IMG/VR virus record: IMGVR_UViG_3300010354_000194
Span: 1 to 41,484 of that record
Source: a virus
Taxonomy: Duplodnaviria > Caudoviricetes
DNA length: 41,484 nt
Strand: one strand, 5' to 3'
The position numbers were made by a program, and so were the translations under genes. This document shows positions 27,049 to 35,414 of this stretch, piece by piece. Numbering within the stretch: position 1 is the stretch's first letter; each line of letters starts with the position of its first letter. Under the pieces are notes generated by a model that searched no databases, was not told where the DNA came from, and worked only from the letters and a program-made list of their open reading frames with translations.

Positions 27049-27975
27049 TCAGTAAATGTCTCCGCGTTCACTCATGGCGCCGATCTTGGTCACGTTGACC
27101 GGCACCGGGTGGTGGTTGCGGTATTTCTGCGCCTCGTCGCGAAGGATCTGCGCAGAGGCCGCAAAAGCCGCCTCGCTCGTCTGGAGGTCACCTTTGTCGA
27201 GCAGCGCAACCGCCTTTACCGCAAGCCGGAGCGCGTTGAGGTTAGTGACGAACAGCTCGTCCGTGTCCGCGGCGATGTCGAACAGCCGGCGGCGCACAAT
27301 CGCGTCGACCATCTTTGTCTGGTCGTCGGCGATGGCTGTGTATCGGTAGCAGCGGAACGTGGGGTTGACGTCGATTGAGCGGTAGTCGGCCCCGACCACC
27401 TGCTGTCCGTAGCGGTCGATGAAGGTCAGCACCAAGTCGCCCTCGGTCTTGGGTTTGATGACCTGAGTGATGCGCGACCAGTAGACCGTCGAGGTCGCGT
27501 CGGGCAACGTAAGGCTGACCGACTGCGCGACCCCGTTGGTGTCGAGCCCAAAAATCTTGATCACTCCAGTGTCGTCGCTGTCGGTCGACGTGACACGCAG
27601 CTTGGCCCCCGACGACGGCGGGGTCACATAAGTCGGGGACTCGCCGAGGTCCAAGCCATAATTGGCCCACTCGTTCTTCTGGTACGGGCCCGGCCCGTAT
27701 TCAAGGAACTCGAACCACGGCGGCTGCGTCTCGACCGGCTCGCGGTTGATCGCCGAGTGAACGATCGCCTCGTACTGCGTTGGCAGAGCGACCACGCCCG
27801 CCCGCTGGCGGAACTTGACGCGAGCGTACTGGAACGGCCACTCGCCGAGCGTGCACAGACGCTCCTGAGCGAGGTTGACGACCGTCTTGAGGCGGGCGTC
27901 GTCGACCGTCATTCCCGTCTGCCCGGCTACCCGGCGCAGCTCGTCCTTAACGTCGCCGTAGGTTCGCTTGATCAT
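27049..27975 (-). CDS. Tail tubular protein A / head-tail adaptor-like
   Basis: TYGDVKDEL...VNLAQERL...WPF...LPTQYE pattern; position before the nozzle gene. Confidence 0.6.
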   Translation of the reverse strand: MIKRTYGDVKDELRRVAGQTGMTVDDARLKTVVNLAQERLCTLGEWPFQYARVKFRQRAGVVALPTQYEAIVHSAINREPVETQPPWFEFLEYGPGPYQKNEWANYGLDLGESPTYVTPPSSGAKLRVTSTDSDDTGVIKIFGLDTNGVAQSVSLTLPDATSTVYWSRITQVIKPKTEGDLVLTFIDRYGQQVVGADYRSIDVNPTFRCYRYTAIADDQTKMVDAIVRRRLFDIAADTDELFVTNLNALRLAVKAVALLDKGDLQTSEAAFAASAQILRDEAQKYRNHHPVPVNVTKIGAMSERGDIY

Positions 27976-27979
27976 GGGA

Positions 27980-29434
27980 CTACCAGTTGTAGAAGACCGC
28001 GTCGATTTCGTAGCGGCACGTCACGTTGGCGAGGATGGTTCCGTTCCCGTCACAGGGAGCGACGTAGATTTCGACGCGAGACGTAGGCGTCAGCCCCGTC
28101 ATAATGCGGTTGGCGTCGATGATGGCATCAGCGCCGTCCTGAGAGCTGCGGGCCGCTAGGGAGAAGAAGGAACCTCCGTTGACGCGTGCGTACAGGGTGA
28201 TGTTGCCAGTGTAGCCGATCAAACGGCCCTGCAAACTGACAAGGATCGCGCCGGACGAGTTCGGACTCATTGTCGGAGCGCCGTTCAATCCCCACGAAGC
28301 GTGGCCCGGGCCGTATGCGGTCACGGGGGTTCCGTGAGAGAACGTAAAGCTGGCTCCCGCGCTAAAAACGTGGCCGCTGGCGAAAGAAGTGCCAAACTCG
28401 ACGGCACGGAAATAACGCTCAGAGCCGCCGACGGCCGCGGTCTTGTGGTAGAGCGGATGAAAGATCCGGCCCGCGTAGCCTATGTTGACCGTCTGGATGT
28501 CGCCCGCGGTAATTTTCCCGGCGGAAAGATTTCCGATGTGGGCGTCGGTGATGATGCCCTCGCCGATGTTAGCCGCCTGAGTGATGATCTGGTTAGCGCC
28601 AACCTTGTCGGCCGTGATCGCGTTTGCAGCGATTTTCTGGGCAACGAGGGACCCATCGACAATCATCGTGCCGTCGATCTGGCCGACGAGATCGCCTGTC
28701 GCGATCGCCTTTGTCCACGCACCGTTCACCCGGCGGTACAACTTGCCGTCGGTCTCAAGCCAGACGAAATCGCCGTTGTTGTACCCGGTGCTCGGCAGCG
28801 TCTGGACCTTGACGATCGGACGGATGCCGAGGCCGAAATCAGGGAGGTCGAGAACTTTTTGGACGTCGACCCACTGCGAACCGTCCCAGCGGTAAATTTT
28901 ATTATTCTGGGACGAATTAAAGAAAATGTCGCCAACCTTTAATACACCGCCGGTGTTGGACGGCTGCGTGGCGCCAAACCAGCTCTTGTTGCCGGCCGCG
29001 TTGCCGCTTTCAAGGGCGGTAACCCGGTTGCCGAGGGCGTCGATTTGCGTCGTGTCCGCGGTCATTCGGGCACCGGGCACAACCTTTTTGCCGGCCGCGA
29101 TCATCGTGCCGGCGGTGGCGTTGCCTGTGGCCGTTTGCGCAGTCAGCGAAAGCGATGTGGCCGACAAAACGGCGGCCACGATGAAGCTGCCCGCGGTCTC
29201 GATGTAGACCGGGAGACCCGTCGCCGTCCACGATGTGTTTGTGACCGTCACGGTCACCGCGCTCGCGGCGGCGGGCATGACGAACGGGGCCGTCGTCGTC
29301 GCTTGCGGCGAGACGCCAGCGGCGCCCGCCTCACCCGAGTCTCCCTTATCGCCCTTGGGGCCGCGAGGCCCGGGGATGCCAGAGATCCGGGGGAGAGAAT
29401 TTTGCGGCAGTTCGTTCATACGGAGCCATGTCAC
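27980..29434 (-). CDS. Tail fibre / decoration protein with collagen-like segment
   Basis: GPRGPKGDKGDSGEAG; GDIFF..KIYRWDGSQW; IAANAITADK repeats. Confidence 0.7.
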   Translation of the reverse strand: MTWLRMNELPQNSLPRISGIPGPRGPKGDKGDSGEAGAAGVSPQATTTAPFVMPAAASAVTVTVTNTSWTATGLPVYIETAGSFIVAAVLSATSLSLTAQTATGNATAGTMIAAGKKVVPGARMTADTTQIDALGNRVTALESGNAAGNKSWFGATQPSNTGGVLKVGDIFFNSSQNNKIYRWDGSQWVDVQKVLDLPDFGLGIRPIVKVQTLPSTGYNNGDFVWLETDGKLYRRVNGAWTKAIATGDLVGQIDGTMIVDGSLVAQKIAANAITADKVGANQIITQAANIGEGIITDAHIGNLSAGKITAGDIQTVNIGYAGRIFHPLYHKTAAVGGSERYFRAVEFGTSFASGHVFSAGASFTFSHGTPVTAYGPGHASWGLNGAPTMSPNSSGAILVSLQGRLIGYTGNITLYARVNGGSFFSLAARSSQDGADAIIDANRIMTGLTPTSRVEIYVAPCDGNGTILANVTCRYEIDAVFYNW

Positions 29435-29583
29435 TTTTTACGAAGTGACTTGAAAATGAGGATGCAGAGATGAAACACCGTCAGGAAACCGATCACAGTC
29501 CCAAGAACGGCGTTGAGCTGCTCAACAGTAAGCATGGCGAGAAGTCCTCCCACGCCGGTGACCGCGGTTTTGTGCGCGTCCAT
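29431..29583 (-). CDS. Small holin-like membrane protein
   Basis: 50 aa from ATG 29583; hydrophobic segments and basic C-terminus KSLRKK. Confidence 0.5.
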   Translation of the reverse strand: MDAHKTAVTGVGGLLAMLTVEQLNAVLGTVIGFLTVFHLCILIFKSLRKK

Positions 29584-29625
29584 AAAGGATAAAGCGGAGC
29601 CCCGGTTTGCTCCCGGGGCTCCGCT
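29584..29625 (-). terminator. Terminator after the major capsid gene
   Basis: 13-bp stem AGCGGAGCCCCGG/CCGGGGCTCCGCT (29593-29625), then a T-rich run on the - strand. Confidence 0.75.
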
Positions 29626-29639
29626 GTTAGTCATTTAAC

Positions 29640-30842
29640 TCAGACGTCAGTGGCCTTGGTGAGTACCGAGTAACCGAACTCGGGGAAAATCGGCTTCGCA
29701 CCGCAGCGGATGTCCGCGAGGTAGTAGCCGAGGTTTCCACGGTCGTTGTCACCTTGGAAGGTGCGCTGGTTGATCCACTGGAACTCGCCGATGTAGTTCG
29801 ACGGATCGAACTTCATGCCGGAGAACTGCGTCGGGTCAGTGGACTCATACTTGGCCTCCCACACCTCGCGACCGAGGATCGTGGCAACTTCGTACTCCGC
29901 CAGACCGCCATTCACCCCGTTGGGGTTGTACGCGGAATTGGCGATGTACTTGCGGCCGACCACGGCGTTCGCGTTCACGGTCGGGTAGATCGCGTTGGCG
30001 AGGGTCAGGTCAGCCGCCGAAGCGATGCCGCCAGTCTTGCCGAAGCGGATCGGGAAGAGATCCACAACGGGCAGGAAGCCGTTCACGGCGCCGTCGTAGC
30101 CGAGGCTCTCAAGGTTCTTAGCAGGATCGAAGAACTTGACCTGCTCCTTGGTGTCGCTGTTCGTGAACAGGCGGGCGATCACGCCGGGGCCCGCGTGGAG
30201 CGGGAGCACCGGACGGCCCTTGCTGTCACGACCAACGGCCAGCTCATCAGCCAGACCGTTGCGAACGAGCTGCCAGTAGATCTGCTTCAGGTGGTCCCAA
30301 CCGAGGTAGTCGTTCGGGAGCGAGGCACCGATGCCGGTGAAGTCAGCGGCCTGCGAGTTGGCGACGATCAGGCTGCCGCTGGTGCGGGTAACGGCCTTGT
30401 TGTCGACCATCGCGATGTTCTGGGTGCGATACCAGTCGCCCCACCACACGTTGATGTACTCGGAGAGGGCGCGCTCGAAGCCGGCCACGGTCTGAGCGGC
30501 GTCAACGGCACGCTTCAGGTCGCTGAGGCACACCGTGTCCGTGTTGAACGCGGTCTGGAACAGCTTGAAGGTGCGGGTGATTTCACCGCGCTTGATCGTG
30601 GTCGCCGTCGGGGCGCACTCGGTGTTGCCGCTGCCGTCAGACAGCGTGACCTCGGTCAGAGTCGGGTACGCCGTGGGCAGCTCATGGGTGAGCGTGCGCA
30701 CCGTCGGAGTACGACCCTCAGAGAGGTCGAAAGCACTCATGGGAACCAGAGTGCGGAATGGATTGGAGCGGAAGAGCTTCTGGTAAACAGTCTTGTGGAA
30801 CTGATTCCGGCGCTCGACGAAGTAGTTGTTGATGTCAGCCAT
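29640..30842 (-). CDS. Major capsid protein
   Basis: 400 aa after portal and scaffold; biased codon usage; followed by a terminator; assignment mainly by synteny. Confidence 0.75.
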   Translation of the reverse strand: MADINNYFVERRNQFHKTVYQKLFRSNPFRTLVPMSAFDLSEGRTPTVRTLTHELPTAYPTLTEVTLSDGSGNTECAPTATTIKRGEITRTFKLFQTAFNTDTVCLSDLKRAVDAAQTVAGFERALSEYINVWWGDWYRTQNIAMVDNKAVTRTSGSLIVANSQAADFTGIGASLPNDYLGWDHLKQIYWQLVRNGLADELAVGRDSKGRPVLPLHAGPGVIARLFTNSDTKEQVKFFDPAKNLESLGYDGAVNGFLPVVDLFPIRFGKTGGIASAADLTLANAIYPTVNANAVVGRKYIANSAYNPNGVNGGLAEYEVATILGREVWEAKYESTDPTQFSGMKFDPSNYIGEFQWINQRTFQGDNDRGNLGYYLADIRCGAKPIFPEFGYSVLTKATDV

Positions 30843-30979
30843 TGTCGGAAAGGATTGATGGTTAGATTACTGTCCGAGCCACGCGTGTGCGTTGCCCAGC
30901 GGGCGCCATCCGCCTTTAGAGCTTTCCGATCGCCGGGACCGCCAGTCCCCGGTGTGCAGCTACAATCGTCTTGTCTGGC

Positions 30980-31008
30980 TGAATACTGAAACGGAAGCCC
31001 GAGCGCAA
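30980..31008 (-). promoter_or_regulatory. Candidate sigma70-type promoter for the capsid gene
   Basis: TTGCGC-17 nt-TATTCA directly after the scaffold terminator. Confidence 0.4.
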
Positions 31009-31024
31009 GAGGGTGCCGGGGCAA

Positions 31025-31052
31025 CAAAAAGCCCCGGGATTTGCCCGGGGCT
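31025..31052 (-). terminator. Rho-independent terminator after the scaffold gene
   Basis: AGCCCCGGG-5 nt-CCCGGGGCT then TTTTG on the - strand. Confidence 0.8.
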
Positions 31053-31076
31053 AAGGTATACCGAAGTTACTGCGGT

Positions 31077-32273
31077 TTATCTTCCAAAGTACCGGGCGGC
31101 AGCTTGAATGTGCGACTCAGGCTCGCTCGGTTCGCCTGCCGTCGGAGTCCCAGCTCCAGAGCCAAGCTGCGGGCTTGCGGCGCTCAAAGCCTTCACCTGC
31201 GTCTCCAGCTCGGCGATCCTCGCTGCGCTTTTGCCAAGCTCGGCGTTGTAGAGCGCCGCGATGCGCGGGATCCCATGCGACATGGTGAACTCGTAGAGCG
31301 CCGCCTTGTGCGAAAGATCGGCGACGCCCTTGTCGTCAATTTGACCGAACGCGTACTGCTCGGCCTGTGTCGCGATCTTGGCCAGCGCCTCGTTGTACGA
31401 AGCTGCCGCCGCTTTATCGGCGTCCGCGGCCTTGTCGTCGACCTGCGCCGGGAGAAACGCGTCCTTGTAGGAGCCGGCCACGGCATCGAACGACGCACGA
31501 GACTTTGCTCCGTTCGTCGTCTTCATCGCTTTCAGAGCCTCGTCCGCCTTTGTCAGTGCCTCGTCAGCGCCAGATTGCGCCGCAAAGTACGCGTCGAGCG
31601 ACGCCTGAAATTTTACGCGAGCGTACGGAGTCATCTGATCCATAGCCTCGGAAACAGCGGTGTTCAGCGCCTTGCCTTTCAACGAAAGCAGCTCGTCGAC
31701 GTTGACTTGAGCCTCGTCGCTTTTCGCGATGGCCGCCATCGCCTGCTTGGCTTGCTCCGCCGGCTGAACGTACTTCGAGACGAATTCCGGGTGGGACCGA
31801 AGGTCGAGAACCTTGAGGCGCTCGGAGAACTGCTTGTTCTGCGCTTCGAGCTCGGCAAGACGCGCCTTCGTCGCTTCATCGACCGGGCTAGTTGCGGGCG
31901 CCGCCTTCAGCTTCTGCTCAAGCTCAAGACGCAGGCGTCGTTCCTCGGTGGCGCGCTTTTTCAGCTCGTCCCACCCGGCGCGACTCTTGGCGTTGTCGGG
32001 CGGCGCCTGCAGTCCCTTGTCGATTTCGTCGATGACTGGCGGCTCTGTTGCGGAAACCGGCGCGGCCTTGGGCGCCGCCTTGACCACTGCCGCCAGCGGA
32101 TCTGCTTTGGTCGGCTCCGGTGCCGGCGCCTTGGCCGGCTCTTTCGCAGGCTCCGGTGCCGGCGCCTTGGCCGGCTCGGCGCTTGGGGCCGCGAAGAACT
32201 GGTTCGCCGCGGCTAGATGATCTTCTCCGCCCGCTTCGGCGGGGGAGGTGACGGGACTTGTTTCGGTGCTCAT
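31077..32273 (-). CDS. Capsid scaffolding protein
   Basis: 398 aa A/E/K-rich coiled coil with disordered P/A/E/K N-terminus; between portal and capsid. Confidence 0.7.
   Translation of the reverse strand: MSTETSPVTSPAEAGGEDHLAAANQFFAAPSAEPAKAPAPEPAKEPAKAPAPEPTKADPLAAVVKAAPKAAPVSATEPPVIDEIDKGLQAPPDNAKSRAGWDELKKRATEERRLRLELEQKLKAAPATSPVDEATKARLAELEAQNKQFSERLKVLDLRSHPEFVSKYVQPAEQAKQAMAAIAKSDEAQVNVDELLSLKGKALNTAVSEAMDQMTPYARVKFQASLDAYFAAQSGADEALTKADEALKAMKTTNGAKSRASFDAVAGSYKDAFLPAQVDDKAADADKAAAASYNEALAKIATQAEQYAFGQIDDKGVADLSHKAALYEFTMSHGIPRIAALYNAELGKSAARIAELETQVKALSAASPQLGSGAGTPTAGEPSEPESHIQAAARYFGR
32113..32177. repeat. 29-bp direct repeat (36-bp period) encoding EPAKAPAPEP in the scaffold
   Basis: GGCTCCGGTGCCGGCGCCTTGGCCGGCTC at 32113 and 32149. 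Confidence 0.85.
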
Positions 32274-32608
32274 TCAGTTGACGGGAAAACTTCGGACGGC
32301 TCGCGCTGTTCTTTCGGAACGTCGGCGAGTTGCAGGAGCTGGTCGCGATACATCTCCCAGCCTTTTACCTTGGCCAGAAAAGTTACGGCGGCCCTCTCGT
32401 CCCATTCGCTCCGGGCGTAGGAGGGAAACTTGAGACGCGTGCCGGGATGCCTCGCTTCCATCAGCGCAAGCGCCTTTTGGGTCATTGATGTCGCCAACCA
32501 TTCACGCAACTCCATCCGCTCGCGCAGCGTCAGCGGCTCTCGGTTGGCGGCGGGGATGATGACGACTTTGGGTTCCAGTTTTAGGATGCGACGGAGTGCT
32601 GTAAGCAT
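32270..32608 (-). CDS. Hypothetical protein between portal and scaffold
   Basis: 112 aa; ATGA-coupled to the scaffold. Confidence 0.7.
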   Translation of the reverse strand: MLTALRRILKLEPKVVIIPAANREPLTLRERMELREWLATSMTQKALALMEARHPGTRLKFPSYARSEWDERAAVTFLAKVKGWEMYRDQLLQLADVPKEQREPSEVFPSTE

Positions 32609-32644
32609 GGGACTTTGGGACTGGGGACTGTGGACTTGAAAAAG

Positions 32645-34714
32645 CTACTGCGGTGTCATCGCGCCCACTTGACCCGACGGACTAAAACCCGGGCCGGCCG
32701 GCATCTGTTGCGTCTGGTTGTGCATCTTCTCGACCATTCGGAAAATGCCCTCGGCGGCAGACCGTACTGCGGTGAAGCGAGGCCACAGTTCGCCGTACAG
32801 AGCCTCCTGCAGTTTGTCTGCCTTGAGGAACTCGAAGTGAGCTTCAAGGTGGGGCAGGGCGTTCTGCAGCGCGATGAGACCGTTCGGGTCGATGCGGCCC
32901 GTGGTGTCGTAGTTGTTTACGATGACTTCGAGCGGCATGAGGTGCTGCGGCGCGTGGGCCGCGTGGTTGTCTTGCGGATCAACCGGCAGCGGGTTGCCTT
33001 CGCCCATATCGCTGTTCTCCATCAGCGCCAGCCGCTGGCTCTTGATTTCCGCGGTGGCATCAACCGGGTTAAGCGCCTTGCTGACCGCCTGAGCTCCGAA
33101 CTTGGCCGTGACCCACTTCTCCTGCATCCAGCGGCGGTTGGCCTCCGGGAGCTGCAGACCCTGCAAAGCAAGATCGCCCTGCATCGCCAGATTCATGGCG
33201 CCCGGGTCAGCGCCCGTGCGAATCGCAATCTCGCCGGAATAGAACACCTCCGCCGGCATCCCCATCTCGTCGATACACCGCTTTCGGAACATCTTTGCGT
33301 CGGCGTCCGGGTTACCGCGGAGGCGCAGACGACGGAATTGTTCGGAGAACAGATTGCGGGCGACCTGCCGGAGGTACAGCGTCGCGTTGGCCACGTCTAC
33401 CTGCGACTGGATGTTCGCGAGAATGTTGGCCTGCGTCGCAGTGCTGGTCTGCTGAATCTGCCGCCCTTGGTCGCGGTAGCGGGCGTTGTTGTACGACTGC
33501 TGGCTATCCAGCATTTCGATCGTCTCAAGAATGGACCTGCCGGACGGGTAGCTGCCGACCTGCTCAACGTCTTTGGGCAAAAAGTTGAACGGCCCTACGC
33601 TCGTGATCGGAACCGTCTCGCGGCCTCCTTCGGACAGGTCTCGGAAATTGAGTCCGTCGATGAGCGTGCGATCGACGGCCCGGGACTTCAGCCGGTTCTG
33701 CACCGTCGCAAGCTGGAAATTTTTGACGCCGAAACCTTTTGTGCCCCACCAGTCGCCGTTGCCCGCGTCGAAGAAGATCGCGGCCATCGTCTGGGTCATG
33801 CTGTCAGGGCGAGACTCCGCCCCGGTGTCGTCGAACAGGAACTTGTCGTTGTGCTCCTGCGCTTCGGCAAAAATCATCCGCGACACCTTGCCGTCGTAGT
33901 CCCGGACCAGCAGGTGCACGAGCTTCACCGGGTCGTGCCCCGTGGTGACACCGAGCGCGTTGTCGCGCATGAGGCGCTGCAGTTCGAGAACGTCCTGCCC
34001 GGTCACCGGGGTGGACACGTTGCCGTCCTGCTTCACGAACTCGCGAACCAGCATCTCCTCGATTGCCTCGGGGCTCCAGCCGCGCTTCGTAGCTGTGGCC
34101 TTCGCGTCAGGCGTCCGAATGAGATCCCACAAGAAGTCGATCTCCATCTCCTGCCGCACGCCGAACAGCGTCAGCTTCTCGACGCTGGCCTTCGAGCGGG
34201 TCGGCACCTCGACCTCACCAACGCGCACCGCCTCCCACCGCGCCGAGAACTTGTCGTTCCAAAACGCGACACCGACCCCAAACGAGACGTGATTCTGCGA
34301 AAACAGCAGATAGTTGCGGACGTAGTCGGGGCCCCAGTCGTCGATGAAGCGGTTGAAGTTGTGCTGAAAGGTCTGCTCCCACTTCTCGGCGTTTGGGTCG
34401 TCCGGCGTGAGATACTGCACCGACGCAAGGTTCGTCGTATCGTGCAGGAGCCGCCAGTAGCTGATCAGCACTTGCTCAAGCGTGGACGCAGCGTCGCGGA
34501 AATTGACGTTGCAGCGCCAGCTCTGGCCGAGCTCCAACAGCTCCTTGTTTGAAAACGGCGGAGCCCCGTCCAACTGGTTTTGGACCTGCGCCCACTTGTT
34601 CCTGCGGACTTCGGAAGCGGTGCGCAGTTTGCGCCACAAAGACCGCGCAGTAGCGGCGTCACGGATACGGCGCTCCGTCGGTGTCGGAAGCGGAGAGGTG
34701 GCGGAGGATTCCAT
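32645..34714 (-). CDS. Portal protein
   Basis: 689 aa downstream of TerL; STATQAN motif; Q/P-rich C-terminus as in podoviral portals. Confidence 0.75.
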   Translation of the reverse strand: MESSATSPLPTPTERRIRDAATARSLWRKLRTASEVRRNKWAQVQNQLDGAPPFSNKELLELGQSWRCNVNFRDAASTLEQVLISYWRLLHDTTNLASVQYLTPDDPNAEKWEQTFQHNFNRFIDDWGPDYVRNYLLFSQNHVSFGVGVAFWNDKFSARWEAVRVGEVEVPTRSKASVEKLTLFGVRQEMEIDFLWDLIRTPDAKATATKRGWSPEAIEEMLVREFVKQDGNVSTPVTGQDVLELQRLMRDNALGVTTGHDPVKLVHLLVRDYDGKVSRMIFAEAQEHNDKFLFDDTGAESRPDSMTQTMAAIFFDAGNGDWWGTKGFGVKNFQLATVQNRLKSRAVDRTLIDGLNFRDLSEGGRETVPITSVGPFNFLPKDVEQVGSYPSGRSILETIEMLDSQQSYNNARYRDQGRQIQQTSTATQANILANIQSQVDVANATLYLRQVARNLFSEQFRRLRLRGNPDADAKMFRKRCIDEMGMPAEVFYSGEIAIRTGADPGAMNLAMQGDLALQGLQLPEANRRWMQEKWVTAKFGAQAVSKALNPVDATAEIKSQRLALMENSDMGEGNPLPVDPQDNHAAHAPQHLMPLEVIVNNYDTTGRIDPNGLIALQNALPHLEAHFEFLKADKLQEALYGELWPRFTAVRSAAEGIFRMVEKMHNQTQQMPAGPGFSPSGQVGAMTPQ

Positions 34715-34720
34715 GCGTGG

Positions 34721-35362
34721 TCAGGGTCTTGTATCCGAGGTGGTCGGCGGCGGCAAGGGGGCACCGGGCCGTTGCCAGCACCAGTCCGGGAACTCCATTT
34801 CGGGGTGGTTTCCGTCTGTGATAACCTTGAGCGGGAGGTTTACCTTGGCCTGCAAAGAGCATCCGCAAGCCATGCAAACGCTTACGCCGGGTTGCCTGCG
34901 GTCCTTGGGGATAGACGCTTCAATCGCTTTGTACACCGCGGTGCAGGAGCAGAGCGCGGCATCCTTGTTGAACGGGCATCCCCGGCAGACCGCGGCCCGA
35001 GCCGCCGCTTCCTCGGGTGGACACAGCGGCGCCCGGCCGGCAGCCACTTCTGCCAAAGCGGAGACGATTGACCGACCAAACGCGATGGCTTTGCCCGTCG
35101 TCATGCTGGCCGTAAGGTCGTTGATTGGGCGGTAATCTTCGCCGGGCTCGGCCTCGCACTCGCCGTTCGTCTGGCTGGCGCAAATTTGCCGCTGGACGTC
35201 CAGCCGCAGGTTGTCGAACGGGAGGCCCTTGTATTTCCGATGCGGCAGGATTTTAGCAACAAGGTCGTCGAAAGTGTCAGATTCAAAGCGCACGCCCGTC
35301 TCTGGCTGGACGTACCTCCAGCCACCGGAGGGGGCATCGCGAAATCCTTTAAGCAGGGCCAT
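34721..35362 (-). CDS. Cys-rich, probably metal-binding, hypothetical protein
   Basis: CRGCPFN, CSC, CMACGC, PDWCW. Confidence 0.7.
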   Translation of the reverse strand: MALLKGFRDAPSGGWRYVQPETGVRFESDTFDDLVAKILPHRKYKGLPFDNLRLDVQRQICASQTNGECEAEPGEDYRPINDLTASMTTGKAIAFGRSIVSALAEVAAGRAPLCPPEEAAARAAVCRGCPFNKDAALCSCTAVYKAIEASIPKDRRQPGVSVCMACGCSLQAKVNLPLKVITDGNHPEMEFPDWCWQRPGAPLPPPTTSDTRP

Positions 35363-35414
35363 GATGTACGATATACAGGACGTTAAGCCGAGTTAATGTG
35401 CGGCGTATCGGACG

